From Mycobacterium leprae TN (GTDB taxonomy: Bacteria; Actinomycetota; Actinomycetes; Mycobacteriales; Mycobacteriaceae), in contig NC_002677.1 in the NCBI RefSeq assembly GCF_000195855.1, forward strand, positions 120,001 through 152,000: 32,000 nucleotides of DNA. Direction: 5' to 3'. The stretch's first letter is position 1; every line of letters begins with the position of its first letter. The notes below the pieces were generated by a model, which was not told the origin of the DNA, ran no database searches, and saw only the letters and a program-made list of their open reading frames with translations. Shown piece by piece: positions 1 through 13,459 of this stretch. The translations under genes and the position numbers were made by a program.

Positions 1-768
1 AGCCTGCTGTGGCTGGGGGTTGCGGGTTGGTCGCTGTGGGCAGCTAACTCGCCGGGGATGGGTGATGACGCCACCAACGTCAGCTACTCGGGGATCGTCG
101 ACGAGCGACGCTTCTACGCGCAGGCAACCGGTCACGCCCATCCGTTGACTGCGGCCGATTACCTGGGTTATCCACGGATGGCTGCGGTCCTGGTAGCACT
201 CAACAACACCCCTGACGGCGCGTTGTTGCTACCATCTGGCAACTACATTAAGTGGGATCTTGTGCCGATGATCCAGCTGTCGCCATCTTCACCAGGAAGT
301 CCCCCGGACAGCCTAGTGTCCCAAAAACCCCAGCACACGGTATTTTTCACCAACCTCGGTATGCTTGGCATGAACGTCGGGCTCGATGTCAGGGTGATCG
401 ACCAGATCGGGTTGGCAAATCCTCTGGCGCAGCACACCGAACGGCTGCAGCACGGCCGGATCGGGCATGACAAAAACCTCTTCCCGGACTGGGTGATCGC
501 CGACGGTCCCTGGGTGAAATGGTACCCAGGTATTCCTGGCTATCTTGATCAGGCATGGATTGCGCAAGCGGTAGCGGCCCTGCAGTGCTCCGGGACCCAG
601 GCGGTGCTGAGCTCGGTGCGCGCCCCGATGGCCTTGCATCGGTTCATCTCCAACCTGTTGAATTCGTTTGAGTTCACCCGGTACCGGTTCGACCGTGTTC
701 CGCTCTACGAGCTCGTTAGGTGTGGGCTGCCGGTGCCTGACGTGCTTCCTGCTACCCCGCCCGAATGA
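1..768 (+). CDS. aftB: Arabinofuranosyltransferase AftB, C-terminal part; gene enters from the left edge
   Basis: Frame 1 is open from base 1, upstream of the ATG at 58. The translated C-terminal domain resembles Rv3805c, and its position directly upstream of fbpA fits mycobacterial synteny. Confidence 0.85.
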   Translation, partial: SLLWLGVAGWSLWAANSPGMGDDATNVSYSGIVDERRFYAQATGHAHPLTAADYLGYPRMAAVLVALNNTPDGALLLPSGNYIKWDLVPMIQLSPSSPGSPPDSLVSQKPQHTVFFTNLGMLGMNVGLDVRVIDQIGLANPLAQHTERLQHGRIGHDKNLFPDWVIADGPWVKWYPGIPGYLDQAWIAQAVAALQCSGTQAVLSSVRAPMALHRFISNLLNSFEFTRYRFDRVPLYELVRCGLPVPDVLPATPPE

Positions 769-829
769 GCACTCGGCGACGATTCGCAAATGCGTGAAGT
801 TGGCATTTTCGGTCGTTGTGTCGACCTGA

Positions 830-2149
<1,320 letters not shown>

Positions 2150-2309
2150 CCTATACCGCTAACGGCGGCGACCTGTGGAGGTCGCCGCCGTTAGCTATTT
2201 CCGGGTAGCTTCAACCCGTGTGGTGTTATTCACTACCCCACGGAGGTGGGTTCGCCTTGCATCGAATCATCGAATACTGTTCACGCAGCATCGGCGATGG
2301 AGGTTAGGC

Positions 2310-3215
2310 GTGCGGGGTCTGTCAGCAGTTGTGCGGGTGCTCTGCGTCGCCGCCCTGGCAGTAGGGGTGTTCGCTGCGGCCGTACTACTGGCGGGAACCG
2401 CTGGCAACGCCAAGGCTGCGGGTTACGAATCCTTGATGGTGCCGTCGAACGCAATGGGCCGGGATATTCCGGTCGCTTTCATGGCCGGGGGGCCGCACGC
2501 GGTGTACCTGCTTGATGCCTTCAACGCCGCCTTGGATGTCAGTAACTGGGTTACTGCGGGCAATGCGATGACCACGTTGGGAGGCAGGGGTATCTCGGTG
2601 GTGGCTCCCGCCGGCGGCGCCTACAGCATGTACACAAACTGGGAGAATGACGGCAGCAAGCAGTGGGATACCTTCCTGTCCAGCGAGCTTCCCGACTGGC
2701 TGGCCACCAAACGGGGTTTGGCGCCCGACGGCCACGCGGCCGTCGGCGCCTCGCAGGGTGGGTATGCTGCGCTGGCGCTGGCGGCTTTCCACCCCGACCG
2801 TTTCGGCTTCGCTGGTTCGTTGTCCGGGTTTGTGTACCCCTCGAGCACAAACTACAATGGTGCCATTCTTGCTGGCCTGCAGCAGTTTGGCGGTATCGAC
2901 GGCAACGGGATGTGGGGCGCCCCGCAGCTGGGCCGGTGGAAGTGGCATGACCCCTACGTGCATGCTTCGCTTTTGGCGCAGAACAACACCCGCGTGTGGG
3001 TCTACAGTCCGATGACTATGGGTGGCGACATCGACGCAATGATTGGTCAGGCAGTCGCATCGATGGGCAGCTCCCGGGAGTTTTACCAACAGTACCGCAG
3101 CGTCGGTGGGCACAACGGTCACTTTGACTTCTCGGGTGGTGGTGACAACGGCTGGGGGGCGTGGGCGCCGCAGTTGGCTGCTATGTCGGGCGATATCGTC
3201 GGCGCCATTCGCTAG
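2310..3215 (+). CDS. fbpD: MPT51/MPB51-type antigen 85 paralogue (FbpD), probable GTG start
   Basis: GYESLMVPSNAMGRDIPVAFMAGGPHAVYLLDAFNA... and GGHNGHFDF match the MPT51 family. The ORF opens at 2175, but the signal peptide VRGLSAVVRVLCVAALAVG starts at GTG 2310. Confidence 0.93.
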   Translation: MRGLSAVVRVLCVAALAVGVFAAAVLLAGTAGNAKAAGYESLMVPSNAMGRDIPVAFMAGGPHAVYLLDAFNAALDVSNWVTAGNAMTTLGGRGISVVAPAGGAYSMYTNWENDGSKQWDTFLSSELPDWLATKRGLAPDGHAAVGASQGGYAALALAAFHPDRFGFAGSLSGFVYPSSTNYNGAILAGLQQFGGIDGNGMWGAPQLGRWKWHDPYVHASLLAQNNTRVWVYSPMTMGGDIDAMIGQAVASMGSSREFYQQYRSVGGHNGHFDFSGGGDNGWGAWAPQLAAMSGDIVGAIR

Positions 3216-3369
3216 GGAGGAACCAGTGGCACGGGAGGTGTTGTGGTGACGAGCCGGTATCGTGTATGGGGCGTGCTCGGATGGTTAGCGGTGAGCATCG
3301 CCACCGCACACCGTATGTGCACCGGAACCTTCCGAGGGACCTGCCGATTCTGTTAGCAGGAGATCCCGA

Positions 3370-4380
3370 ATGGTCGAGAAAGTGCCACGTAAGCGCCACC
3401 GAGTCCTCGCCTGGACGGCTGCCTTGTCGATGGCGGCCGTCGTGGCGCTGGCCATTGTGGCTGTGGTGATCCTGTTGCGCAGCGCCGAATCCCCGCGCAG
3501 TTCACTGCCTCCCGGTGTGCTGCCCATTCCGTCTACCGCACCTCACCCCCGGAAACCCCGACCCGCTTTTCAAGACGTGTCCTGCCCCGATGTGCAGTTG
3601 CTCGTTGTTCCTGGCACTTGGGAGTCGTCTTTGCAGGACAATCCACTTGATCCGGTGCAATTTCCCGATGCGTTGCTGCGCAACTCGACTATGACGATCG
3701 GCCAGCAGTTTCCCACCTCCCGAGTGCAGACGTACACGATTCCGTACACCGCGCAGTTCCACAATCCGCTAAGTGGCGACAAGCAGATGACCTATAACGA
3801 CAGCCGTGCGGAAGGTACCCGCGCAATGGTTCAAGAGATGATCAATGTGAATAACAAGTGCCCGTTGACTAGTTACGTACTGGTGGGTTTTTCGCAGGGC
3901 GCGGTGATCGCCGGCGACATTACCAGCGATATCGGGAACGGCCACGGACCCGTCGATGACGATCTGGTGCTCGGTGTGACACTGATTGCCGATGGCCGTC
4001 GGCAACAGGGAGTTGGTAACGACATCGGGCCCAACCCTCCGGGTGAGGGTGCCGAGGTTACCTTGCATGAGGTGCCAGTTCTGTCGGGGCTCGGTATGAC
4101 CATGACGGGCGCGCGGCCTGGTGGGTTTGGCGTGCTGCACAGTAGGACCAATGAGATTTGCGCTCCCGGCGACCTCATTTGCGCTGCCCCAGCGGAGGCA
4201 TTCAGTGTCGCTAATCTGCCTGCCACACTGAACACCCTGGCCAGCGGCGCCGGTCAGCCTATCCACGCGATGTATGCTACTGCCCAGTTCTGGGATCTTG
4301 ACGGAGCGCCCGCGACCGTTTGGACATTGAATTGGGTACATCGGCTTATCGAAGGTGCGCCGCATCCTAAACATGGATGA
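3370..4380 (+). CDS. culp6: Cutinase-like serine esterase / phospholipase, Culp6 type (Rv3802c orthologue)
   Basis: 336 aa with an N-terminal transmembrane segment and the cutinase GFSQGAV motif. It lies between fbpD and fadD32 as in other mycobacteria. Confidence 0.92.
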   Translation: MVEKVPRKRHRVLAWTAALSMAAVVALAIVAVVILLRSAESPRSSLPPGVLPIPSTAPHPRKPRPAFQDVSCPDVQLLVVPGTWESSLQDNPLDPVQFPDALLRNSTMTIGQQFPTSRVQTYTIPYTAQFHNPLSGDKQMTYNDSRAEGTRAMVQEMINVNNKCPLTSYVLVGFSQGAVIAGDITSDIGNGHGPVDDDLVLGVTLIADGRRQQGVGNDIGPNPPGEGAEVTLHEVPVLSGLGMTMTGARPGGFGVLHSRTNEICAPGDLICAAPAEAFSVANLPATLNTLASGAGQPIHAMYATAQFWDLDGAPATVWTLNWVHRLIEGAPHPKHG

Positions 4381-4598
4381 GATGGCCTAGAATAGGCCTC
4401 TAGTGTGCACGATCACCGTAACCTTGTGATTTGGTCTGTCGCGCGAGACCACTTAACATTAAGAGAAATTTAAGATCATGTGGTTGACCCGTTCGGGTCG
4501 AAGCTAGCAGTGGCCAGCGCACGCCTAAATGTGCGTCGTTCGAAGGTTGGCCCGGGTGCAGGTTGGAACTGTCGGCGAAGCCGACCGAGAGATGTGTC

Positions 4599-6506
4599 GT
4601 GACAGGAGAGGGTCGCATGGCGTACCACAACCCGTTCATTGTGAATGGAAAGATCAGGTTCCCGCCTAATACCAACCTGGTCCGTCACGTCGAAAAGTGG
4701 GCAAAGGTTCGCGGCGACAAGTTGGCTTATCGATTCCTGGACTTCTCCACCGGCCGCGATGGTGTCGCGCGCGACATTTTGTGGTCCGAATTCAGCGCCC
4801 GCAACCGAGCGGTGGGCGCCCGCTTACAACAAGTCACCCAGCCGGGTGACCGCATCGCCATCCTATGTCCGCAGAACCTGGACTACCTGATCTCCTTCTT
4901 CGGTGCCCTGTATTCCGGCCGGATCGCGGTGCCGTTGTTCGACCCGGCCGAGCCGGGGCATGTCGGCCGGTTACACGCAGTGCTCGACGATTGCACTCCC
5001 TCGACTATCCTAACTACCACCGACTCCGCCGAAGGTGTCCGCAAGTTCATCCGGGGTCGGTTTGCTAAGGAGCGAACTCGCGTTATCGCGGTTGACGCAG
5101 TGCCCAACGAGGTTGCCGCCACCTGGCAGCAGCCTGAGGCAAACGAGGAAACCGTGGCCTATCTGCAGTACACGTCGGGCTCCACCCGCATTCCGAGCGG
5201 CGTGCAGATCACCCACCTGAACCTACCCACCAATGTATTGCAGGTGCTGAATTCCCTGCAAGGACAGGAAGGCGACCGTGGGGTCAGCTGGCTTCCGTTC
5301 TTCCACGACATGGGTCTTATTACGGTGCTGCTCCCGTCGGTTCTTGGTCACAGCTTTACCTTTATGACGCCCGCGGCGTTCGTGCGTCGGCCCGGTCGCT
5401 GGATTCGCGAACTTGCGCGTAAGCCCGAAGACACCGGCGGCACCTTCTCGGCGGCGCCGAACTTCGCGTTTGAACACGCCGCGATGCGTGGACTGCCTCG
5501 AGATGACGAGTTGCCACTGGATCTGAGTAACGTCAAAGGCATCCTCAACGGCAGCGAGCCGGTGTCACCGGCGTCGATGCGCAAGTTTTTCGAAGCGTTT
5601 GCGCCGTACGGTTTGAAGCAGACCGCCGTCAAGCCGTCCTACGGGCTAGCCGAAGCTACACTGTTTGTCTCGACCACCCCGATGGACGAGTCGCCCACGG
5701 TGATCCACGTGGACCGCTACGAGCTGAACAATCAGCGATTCGTGGAGGTGCCCGCTGATGCACCGAACGCGGTAGCCCAGGTTTCCGCGGGCAAGGTCGG
5801 GGTGAGCGAATGGGCGATCATCGTCGATGCCGACACTGCCAGTGAGTTACCAGACGGGCAGATCGGTGAGATCTGGCTGCACGGCAACAACCTCGGTACC
5901 GGTTATTGGGGCAAGGAAGAAGAGTCCGCCCAGACCTTCAACAACATCCTCAAATCTCGGATCAGTGAGTCGCGTGCCGAAGGAGCCTCCGACGACGCGT
6001 CGTGGGTGCGTACCGGAGACTACGGCACCTACTTCAAGGACCATCTCTATATAGCCGGCCGGATCAAGGACCTCGTCATCATCGATGGCCGCAACCATTA
6101 CCCGCAGGACCTGGAATACACGGCACAGGAATCGACTAAGGCGTTGCGCGTTGGCTACGTAGCCGCCTTCTCCGTCCCCGCCAACCAATTGGCCCAGGTG
6201 GTGCTCGAGGACCCGCACGTCGGCCTAAAGTTCGATGCCGAGGACACCTCCGAGCAGTTGGTGATCGTCGGGGAGCGCGCTGCTGGCACGCACAAGCTTG
6301 ACTACCAGCCCATCGTTGACGACATCCGCGCGGCTATCGCTGTGAGGCATGGGGTGGCGGTGCGTGATGTGCTGCTGGTGCCGGCCGGAACGATTCCCCG
6401 CACTTCCAGCGGCAAGATCGGCCGGCGCGCCTGCCGCGCCGCCTACATTGACGGTAGTCTGCGCAGCGGCGCCAGCTCTCCGACGGTTTTCGCTGCTGAA
6501 TTCTGA
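4599..6506 (+). CDS. fadD32: Long-chain fatty-acyl-AMP ligase FadD32 (probable GTG start within ORF 4563..6506)
   Basis: Near-identity to the FadD32 family: [53 protein letters not shown]. The adjacent pks13 supports the call. Confidence 0.96.
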   Translation: MTGEGRMAYHNPFIVNGKIRFPPNTNLVRHVEKWAKVRGDKLAYRFLDFSTGRDGVARDILWSEFSARNRAVGARLQQVTQPGDRIAILCPQNLDYLISFFGALYSGRIAVPLFDPAEPGHVGRLHAVLDDCTPSTILTTTDSAEGVRKFIRGRFAKERTRVIAVDAVPNEVAATWQQPEANEETVAYLQYTSGSTRIPSGVQITHLNLPTNVLQVLNSLQGQEGDRGVSWLPFFHDMGLITVLLPSVLGHSFTFMTPAAFVRRPGRWIRELARKPEDTGGTFSAAPNFAFEHAAMRGLPRDDELPLDLSNVKGILNGSEPVSPASMRKFFEAFAPYGLKQTAVKPSYGLAEATLFVSTTPMDESPTVIHVDRYELNNQRFVEVPADAPNAVAQVSAGKVGVSEWAIIVDADTASELPDGQIGEIWLHGNNLGTGYWGKEEESAQTFNNILKSRISESRAEGASDDASWVRTGDYGTYFKDHLYIAGRIKDLVIIDGRNHYPQDLEYTAQESTKALRVGYVAAFSVPANQLAQVVLEDPHVGLKFDAEDTSEQLVIVGERAAGTHKLDYQPIVDDIRAAIAVRHGVAVRDVLLVPAGTIPRTSSGKIGRRACRAAYIDGSLRSGASSPTVFAAEF

Positions 6507-6517
6507 GCAAGGCACAC

Positions 6518-9500
6518 ATGGCTGACGTAGACGCACCCCAATTGAACCAGGACCCTCCCCAATTGAACCAGGACCCTCAAGCGAACCTCCCCGCTGAGAA
6601 GACCAAGATGCGCTTCGGCGACGATGCAGAGCGAAGCGATGAGGAAGTGCGGCGTATAACACGCATAACAACTGTGCCCGAGATGCGGCAATGGTTGCGC
6701 AATTGGGTAGGTAAAGTCGTCGGGAAATCTCCCGACGACATCGACGAGTCGGCGCCTATGGTGGAGCTCGGATTGGCGTCGCGGGATGCTGTGGCGATGG
6801 CCGCCGACATCGAAGATCTGACCGGAGTTACCCTGTCGGTTGCGGTGGCATTCCAGTATCCGACCATCGAATCTTTAGCGAACCGCATTATCGAGGGCGA
6901 ATCGGAAACGATCGACGACGACACCGACGCTTTCGACTGGTCGCGTACAGGCTCCGCAGAGCGCATCGATATCGCGGTGGTGGGCTTGTCGACGCGGCTG
7001 CCGGGAGATATGAACTCCCCCGAGGAAACCTGGCGGGCGCTGCTGGAAGGCCGCGACGCCATCACTGATCTGCCCGCCGGCCGTTGGTCGGAATTCCTTG
7101 GCGAACCACGGCTGGCGCAGCGAATCGCGCAGGCTCGCACTCGTGGCGGCTATTTGAAGGACATTAAGGGTTTTGACTCAGATTTCTTTGCTGTAGCCAA
7201 GACCGAAGCCGAAAACATCGACCCGCAGCAGCGGATGGCGCTGGAACTCACATGGGAAGCCCTCGAGCATGCCCGCATTCCCGCGTCGAGTCTGCGTGGC
7301 GAGGCTGTCGGCGTGTATATCGGCAGCTCCACCAACGACTACAGCTTCTTAGCGGTTTCCGACCCAACGATAGCCCACCCCTATGCGATCACCGGTACCA
7401 GCAGTTCTATTATCGCTAACCGGGTATCGTACTTCTACGATTTCCGCGGGCCGTCGGTCACTATCGATACCGCATGTTCGAGTTCGCTAGTGGCAATTCA
7501 TCAGGGCGTGCAGGCACTGCGCAACGGCGAAGCCGATGTGGTTGTGGCCGGCGGTGTTAATGCCTTGATCACGCCAATGGTGACTCTTGGTTTCGACGAG
7601 ATTGGTTCGGTGCTGGCTCCTGACGGACGGATCAAGTCCTTCTCGTCGGATGCCGATGGCTACACCCGCTCTGAGGGTGGCGGTGTGCTGGTACTCAAGC
7701 GGGTGAACGACGCCCGCCGTGACGGGGACCAGATCCTGGCGGTGATCGCCGGCAGCGCGGTAAACCATGACGGTCGGTCCAACGGTCTGATTGCACCCAA
7801 CCAAGACGCTCAGGCCGACGTGCTGCGCCGGGCCTACAAGGACGCCGGTATCGACCCGCGTACCGTCGACTATATCGAAGCGCACGGCACCGGTACCGTC
7901 CTGGGTGACCCGATCGAGGCTGAGGCGCTAGGTCGCGTCGTGGGTAGGGGGCGTCCCGCTGATCGGCCGGCGTTGCTAGGTGCAGTGAAAACCAATGTGG
8001 GACACCTGGAATCGGCGGCTGGTGCCGCTAGCATGGTCAAAGTGGTGCTGGCTCTGCAGCATGACAAGTTGCCGCCGTCGATCAATTTCGCCGGACCCAG
8101 CCCGTACATCGACTTCGATGCGATGCGCCTGAAGGTTATCGACACGGCGACCGACTGGCCGCGCTACGGCGGTTACGCGCTCGCCGGGGTGTCGAGCTTC
8201 GGTTTTGGCGGTGCCAACGCGCACCTGGTGGTGCGTGAGGTGTTGCCGAGGGATGTCATCGAACCTGAGCGGCAACCAGAGTCTCCTGTGCCAGCGGCGG
8301 CCACAACCGAGACAGCCATGCTGGAAGGCCGTGTACTGCGGTTTGACGAATGCGGCGAGATCATTACCGACGTCGCCGACTTTGGAGAATCTGAGCCCGA
8401 GCTGCCGGGTATGACCGACGAGGCGTTGCAGCTCAAGCAAGCTGCACTGGAAGCGCTTGCAGTAAAACAAGTTACGGCCCCCTTGATTCCGTTGGTAGTG
8501 TCATCATTTTTAACCTCACGCAAGAAAGCCGCCGCTGCTGAGCTGGCGGATTGGATGGACAGCCCGCAAGGCCGTGCGTCGTCGCTGGAGTCGATTGGTC
8601 GATCGCTGTCACGGCGTAACCACGGTCGCTCCCGTGCAGTAGTGCTGGCCCATTACCATGACGAGGCTATCGAAGGTTTTCGGGCGATCGCCGAGGGCAA
8701 GCAGCGGCCGCACGTGTTCAGCGTCGACGGCCCGGTGACCAACGGCCCGGTGTGGGTGTTCGCCGGGTTCGGTGCGCAGCACCGCGAGATGGGCAAGAGC
8801 CTGTATTTACGAAACCAGGTCTTTGCCGAGTGGATTGAGAAGGTCGACGCCCTCGTGCAAGATGAGCGAGGCTATTCGGTGCTTGAGCTTATTCTAGATG
8901 ATGCGCAGGATTACGGTATCGAGACCACTCAGGTAACCATTTTCGCGATCCAGATCGCACTCGGTGAGCTGCTTAAGCATCACGGAGCCAAGCCTGCAGC
9001 AGTGGTCGGTCAGTCGCTAGGCGAGGCTGCATGCGCCTACTTTGTTGGTGGGTTGTCGTTGCGCGACGCGACTCGGGCGATCTGCTCGCGTTCGCATTTG
9101 ATGGGTGAGGGCGAGGCGATGCTGTTTGGCGAGTACATCCGTCTGATGGCGTTGGTGGAGTACTCCGCCGACGAGATCAAGACGGTGTTCTCCGATTTCC
9201 CCGATTTAGAGGTGTGCGTCTACGCCGCACCCACCCAGATCGTCATCGGCGGTCCGCCTGAGCAGGTGGACGCGATCATCGCCCGCGCCAAAGCTGAGGG
9301 CAAGTTCGCCCGCAAATTCGCAACCAAGGGCGCCAGCCACACCCAGCAGATGGATCCCCTGCTCGGCGAACTCGCTGCGGAACTGCAGGGCATCAAGCCG
9401 ATGAGCCCGACTGCCGGCATCTACTCGACGGTGCACGAGGGCAGCTACATCAAGCCCGGCTCCGACCCGATTCACGACGTGGATTATTGGAAGAAGGGGC

Positions 9501-11872
9501 TGCGTCACAGCGTCCATTTCACCCAAGGCATCCGCAATGCCGTCGACAACGGCCACACCACGTTCTTGGAGTTGGCACCCAACGCGGTGGCGCTGATGCA
9601 GGTGGGTCTGACTACGGCAGCGGTTGGTTTGCATGACGCACAGCTGATCCCGACGCTTTCCCGCAATCAAGACGAAGTGGAGTCGATGATCTCCACCATG
9701 GCGCAGCTTTATGTGTATGGCCACGACTTGGACATCTGGACTCTGTTTAGTCGCGCCGTTGGACCCGAGGATTACGCGGACATTCCGCCGACCCGGTTCA
9801 AGCGCAAGGAACATTGGCTCGACGTGCATTTCGCCGGAGACGGTTCGGTGTCCATGCCGGGGAACCATGTTGCATTGCCGGATAGTCGACACGTCTGGGA
9901 ATTCGCCCCCCGGGATAAAACGGATCTTGCGGCGTTGGTGAGAGCCGCTGTATCGCAAGTACTTCCGGGCGCACACTTGACGGCTGCCGAGCAGCGTGCG
10001 ATGCCTGGCGCCGGCGCCAGACTGGTGACGATGTTGACTCGACATCCAGGCGGTGCCTCGGTTCAGGTGCATGCCCGCATCGATGAATCCTTCACGCTGG
10101 TGTATGATGCATTGGTTGCGCGGGGAGGTCAAGAATCGGTTCTGCCGACGGCAGTAGGTGCGGGAACAGCGATCGCTTCGATCACGGTGCCGGCTGATGC
10201 GGTGACGGTAGCCGCCGAGGAGTCGGACGCAGAAATCCTGTCAGATAGCCTGACCAACCGTTATCTACCGTCCGACATGGGCAAGTGGTCACCCGATTCC
10301 GGCGAGACCATTGGTCACCGGTTGAGCACGATTGTGGCTGCGGCCATGGGTTACGAACCTGAAGACCTGCCTTGGGAGGTGCCGCTGGTCGAGCTGGGTT
10401 TGGACTCGTTGATGGCGGTGCGGATCAAGAATCGTGTTGAGTACGATTTCGACCTGCCGCCGATCCAGTTGCAGGCCGTACGCGACGCTAATCTCTACAA
10501 TGTCGAGAAGTTGATCGAGTATGCGATCAAGCACCGAGACGACGTCGAGCAGTTACACGAGTACCAGAAGACCCAGACGGCAGCGGCGATCGCCAAGGCG
10601 CAGATGGAACTGCTCAGTGGCGTGTCGCCGGTGACGCTGCCCGCTTCCGAGGCTCCGATTCCGCCGCCACCCACGGACCCCACTGACCCGCCCAGTAACG
10701 GGGTGCAGCCCAATCTGGTAGCAGCTGCTGAGGCGCTTACCTCAGAAGCGGTTGCCAAGGTGCTCAACTCCGACGTACCGCCGCGTGATGCCGCCGAGCG
10801 GGTCACCTTCGCTGCCTGGGCGATCGTCACTGGAAAGTCCCCAGGCGGCATTTTCGATACTTTGCCCAAACTGGATGGTGACACTGCTGCCAAGATGGCG
10901 CAGCGGCTTTCCGAGCGCGCTGAAGGGACGATCACTGCCGAGGACGTGCTGACGTCGGAGAACATCGAGGCGCTGGCCGGCAAGGTGCGCAACTATTTGG
11001 AGGCTGGACAGATCGATGGGTTCGTCCGCGCTATCCGGCCTCGGGCCGAGGACAGTGCAGAGGGCCCCGCAGGTGAATCCAGAGTGCCGGTGTTTGTTTT
11101 CCACCCCGCAGGAGGCTCGACCGTGGTATACGAGCCGTTGCTCAAACGGCTGCCTGCTGATACCCCGATGTACGGCTTCGAGCGGGTTGAAGGCTCGATC
11201 GAAGAGCGTGTGGCGGTCTACGTGCCGAAGCTAATCGAGATGCAAGGCGACGGCCCCTACATTCTGGCCGGTTGGTCGTTGGGCGGGGTGCTAGCCTACG
11301 CGTGTGCGATCGGGCTGAGGAGCGCGGGTAAAGAGGTCGCGTGGGTGGGGTTGATCGACGCGGTACGTGCGGGCGAGGAGATCCCGCAGACCAAGGAGGA
11401 GATCCGAAAGCGCTGGGACCGTTACGCGCGGTTCGCTGAGAGGACCTTCAACGTTACCGTCCCGGAGATCCCTTACGAGCAGCTTGAGGAACTTGACGAC
11501 GAGGGTCAGGTTCGGTTTGTGCTGGACGTCGTCAGCCAAAGTGGTGTACAGATTCCGGCTGGAATCATCGACCACCAGCGCACGTCGTATCTGGATAACC
11601 GGGCGATCGACACTGCCCAGATTCAGCCATACGACGGGCATGTCACCTTGTATATGGCTGATCGCTACCACGACGACGCGATCATGTTCGAGCCGCGCTA
11701 TGCCGTCCGTAAACCGGACGGCGGCTGGGGAGAGTACGTTTCCGATCTCGAAGTGGTGCCGATCGGTGGCGAGCACATCCAGGCCATCGACGAACCGATC
11801 ATCGCTAAGGTGGGCGAACATATGAGCCAGGCGTTGAACAAGATTGAGGCTGAGCAGAAGGCGCCCAAATGA
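6518..11872 (+). CDS. pks13: Polyketide synthase Pks13 (ACP-KS-AT-ACP-TE), mycolic acid condensase, 1784 aa
   Basis: N-terminal ACP ([11 protein letters not shown]), KS (DTACSSSL), AT (GQSLGEAA), second ACP ([13 protein letters not shown]), thioesterase (GWSLGG). Order fadD32-pks13-accD4. Confidence 0.98.
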   Translation: MADVDAPQLNQDPPQLNQDPQANLPAEKTKMRFGDDAERSDEEVRRITRITTVPEMRQWLRNWVGKVVGKSPDDIDESAPMVELGLASRDAVAMAADIEDLTGVTLSVAVAFQYPTIESLANRIIEGESETIDDDTDAFDWSRTGSAERIDIAVVGLSTRLPGDMNSPEETWRALLEGRDAITDLPAGRWSEFLGEPRLAQRIAQARTRGGYLKDIKGFDSDFFAVAKTEAENIDPQQRMALELTWEALEHARIPASSLRGEAVGVYIGSSTNDYSFLAVSDPTIAHPYAITGTSSSIIANRVSYFYDFRGPSVTIDTACSSSLVAIHQGVQALRNGEADVVVAGGVNALITPMVTLGFDEIGSVLAPDGRIKSFSSDADGYTRSEGGGVLVLKRVNDARRDGDQILAVIAGSAVNHDGRSNGLIAPNQDAQADVLRRAYKDAGIDPRTVDYIEAHGTGTVLGDPIEAEALGRVVGRGRPADRPALLGAVKTNVGHLESAAGAASMVKVVLALQHDKLPPSINFAGPSPYIDFDAMRLKVIDTATDWPRYGGYALAGVSSFGFGGANAHLVVREVLPRDVIEPERQPESPVPAAATTETAMLEGRVLRFDECGEIITDVADFGESEPELPGMTDEALQLKQAALEALAVKQVTAPLIPLVVSSFLTSRKKAAAAELADWMDSPQGRASSLESIGRSLSRRNHGRSRAVVLAHYHDEAIEGFRAIAEGKQRPHVFSVDGPVTNGPVWVFAGFGAQHREMGKSLYLRNQVFAEWIEKVDALVQDERGYSVLELILDDAQDYGIETTQVTIFAIQIALGELLKHHGAKPAAVVGQSLGEAACAYFVGGLSLRDATRAICSRSHLMGEGEAMLFGEYIRLMALVEYSADEIKTVFSDFPDLEVCVYAAPTQIVIGGPPEQVDAIIARAKAEGKFARKFATKGASHTQQMDPLLGELAAELQGIKPMSPTAGIYSTVHEGSYIKPGSDPIHDVDYWKKGLRHSVHFTQGIRNAVDNGHTTFLELAPNAVALMQVGLTTAAVGLHDAQLIPTLSRNQDEVESMISTMAQLYVYGHDLDIWTLFSRAVGPEDYADIPPTRFKRKEHWLDVHFAGDGSVSMPGNHVALPDSRHVWEFAPRDKTDLAALVRAAVSQVLPGAHLTAAEQRAMPGAGARLVTMLTRHPGGASVQVHARIDESFTLVYDALVARGGQESVLPTAVGAGTAIASITVPADAVTVAAEESDAEILSDSLTNRYLPSDMGKWSPDSGETIGHRLSTIVAAAMGYEPEDLPWEVPLVELGLDSLMAVRIKNRVEYDFDLPPIQLQAVRDANLYNVEKLIEYAIKHRDDVEQLHEYQKTQTAAAIAKAQMELLSGVSPVTLPASEAPIPPPPTDPTDPPSNGVQPNLVAAAEALTSEAVAKVLNSDVPPRDAAERVTFAAWAIVTGKSPGGIFDTLPKLDGDTAAKMAQRLSERAEGTITAEDVLTSENIEALAGKVRNYLEAGQIDGFVRAIRPRAEDSAEGPAGESRVPVFVFHPAGGSTVVYEPLLKRLPADTPMYGFERVEGSIEERVAVYVPKLIEMQGDGPYILAGWSLGGVLAYACAIGLRSAGKEVAWVGLIDAVRAGEEIPQTKEEIRKRWDRYARFAERTFNVTVPEIPYEQLEELDDEGQVRFVLDVVSQSGVQIPAGIIDHQRTSYLDNRAIDTAQIQPYDGHVTLYMADRYHDDAIMFEPRYAVRKPDGGWGEYVSDLEVVPIGGEHIQAIDEPIIAKVGEHMSQALNKIEAEQKAPK
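6536..6577 (+). repeat. Perfect tandem duplication, 2 x 21 bp (CCCCAATTGAACCAGGACCCT), in frame in pks13
   Basis: Read directly: ccccaattgaaccaggaccct at 6536-6556 and 6557-6577. It encodes [14 protein letters not shown]. Confidence 0.95.
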
Positions 11873-13422
11873 TTATGAAGAGTACAGCCGAGAAGCTGGC
11901 TGAGCTTCGCGTTCGGCTGGAGTTGGCCAACGAGCCCGGAGGTGAAAAGGCCGCCGCCAAGCGCGACAAGAAGAATATCCCAAGTGCCCGTGCCCGCATC
12001 TACGCGTTGGTCGATCCGGGCACGTTTCTTGAGATCGGCGCGCTGACGCGCACTCCGGGTGATCCCAACGCGCTCTACGGCGATGGTGTTGTCACCGGAC
12101 ACGGCCTCATTAACGGCCGGCAGGTCGGGGTGTTCTCGCACGACCAGACGGTGTTCGGTGGCACGGTCGGTGAGATGTTCGGCCGCAAAGTGGCCCGGCT
12201 CATGGAGTGGTGCGCGATGGCTGGATGCCCGATTGTCGGCATTAACGACTCTGGTGGTGCACGCATCCAAGATGCGGTGACCTCGTTGGCATGGTACGCC
12301 GAGTTGGGTCGCCGACACGAGCTACTGAGTGGAATTGTGCCGCAGATCTCTATTGTTTTGGGAAAATGCGCTGGGGGAGCGGTGTATTCGCCGATCCAGA
12401 CTGACTTGGTGGTTGCGGTGCGTGGCCAGGGTTACATGTTTGTCACCGGCCCTGACGTCATCAAGGACGTGACCGGAGAAGAGGTGAGCTTAGATGAGCT
12501 GGGCGGCGTCGACTCCCAGGCTAAGTACGGCAACATCCACCAGGTGGTGGAGTCTGAGGCGGCCGCATTCGGTTACGTGCGGGATTTCCTGTCATTTCTG
12601 CCGCCCAACTGCTTCGACAAAGCGCCGATCGTGAACCCTGGCCTGGAGCCTGAGATCATGGCACATGACCTCGAGTTAGACTCAATCGTGCCGGATTCAG
12701 ACAATACGGCATATGACATGCGTGAGGTTCTGCTACGGATTTTCGATGATGGCCATTTCCTGGACGTCGCCGCACAAGCCGGACAGGCCATCATCACCGG
12801 CTATGCCCGTGTTGACGGCCGCACTGTGGGTGTGGTGGCTAACCAGCCTATGCACCTGTCTGGGGCGATTGACAATGAAGCCTCCGACAAGGCTGCGCGG
12901 TTTATCCGGTTCTGTGACGCTTTCAATATCCCGTTGGTTTTCGTGGTAGACACGCCTGGGTTCTTGCCGGGGGTAGAGCAGGAGAAAAACGGTATTATCA
13001 AGCGCGGCGGTCGGTTCCTTTATGCGGTAGTGGAGGCCGATGTACCGAAGGTGACGATCACGATTCGCAAGTCTTATGGCGGCGCGTACGCGGTGATGGG
13101 ATCCAAGCAGCTGGCCGCCGACCTGAACTTTGCCTGGCCGACCGCGCGCATCGCCGTGATCGGCGCTGACGGTGCCGCGCAGCTCTTAATGAAACGCTTC
13201 CCAGATCCGAGTTCGCCGGACGTCCAGGCGATCCGCAAGACCTTCGTTGACAATTACAATCTCAACATGGCGATCCCGTGGATTGCTGCCGAGCGCGGGT
13301 TCATCGACGCTGTGGTTGAGCCGCACCAAACCAGGCTGTTGCTGCGCAAGTCATTACATCTGTTGCGCGACAAGCAGCAGTGGTGGCGGGTGGGACGTAA
13401 GCACGGACTCATCCCGTTATAG
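11869..13422 (+). CDS. accD4: Acyl-CoA carboxylase beta subunit AccD4
   Basis: 517 aa carboxyltransferase ([47 protein letters not shown]). Its start overlaps the pks13 stop as ATGA at 11869-11872. Confidence 0.97.
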   Translation: MIMKSTAEKLAELRVRLELANEPGGEKAAAKRDKKNIPSARARIYALVDPGTFLEIGALTRTPGDPNALYGDGVVTGHGLINGRQVGVFSHDQTVFGGTVGEMFGRKVARLMEWCAMAGCPIVGINDSGGARIQDAVTSLAWYAELGRRHELLSGIVPQISIVLGKCAGGAVYSPIQTDLVVAVRGQGYMFVTGPDVIKDVTGEEVSLDELGGVDSQAKYGNIHQVVESEAAAFGYVRDFLSFLPPNCFDKAPIVNPGLEPEIMAHDLELDSIVPDSDNTAYDMREVLLRIFDDGHFLDVAAQAGQAIITGYARVDGRTVGVVANQPMHLSGAIDNEASDKAARFIRFCDAFNIPLVFVVDTPGFLPGVEQEKNGIIKRGGRFLYAVVEADVPKVTITIRKSYGGAYAVMGSKQLAADLNFAWPTARIAVIGADGAAQLLMKRFPDPSSPDVQAIRKTFVDNYNLNMAIPWIAAERGFIDAVVEPHQTRLLLRKSLHLLRDKQQWWRVGRKHGLIPL

Positions 13423-13459
13423 GGCGATTTTTGCTGGAGGGCACAAGGCCTGTCGGCTT

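Noticed and set aside
9206-10132. 308-aa ORF on the - strand
   Set aside because: It is fully antisense to the pks13 AT/linker region in a high-GC gene. The translation has low-complexity composition and no recognisable domain.
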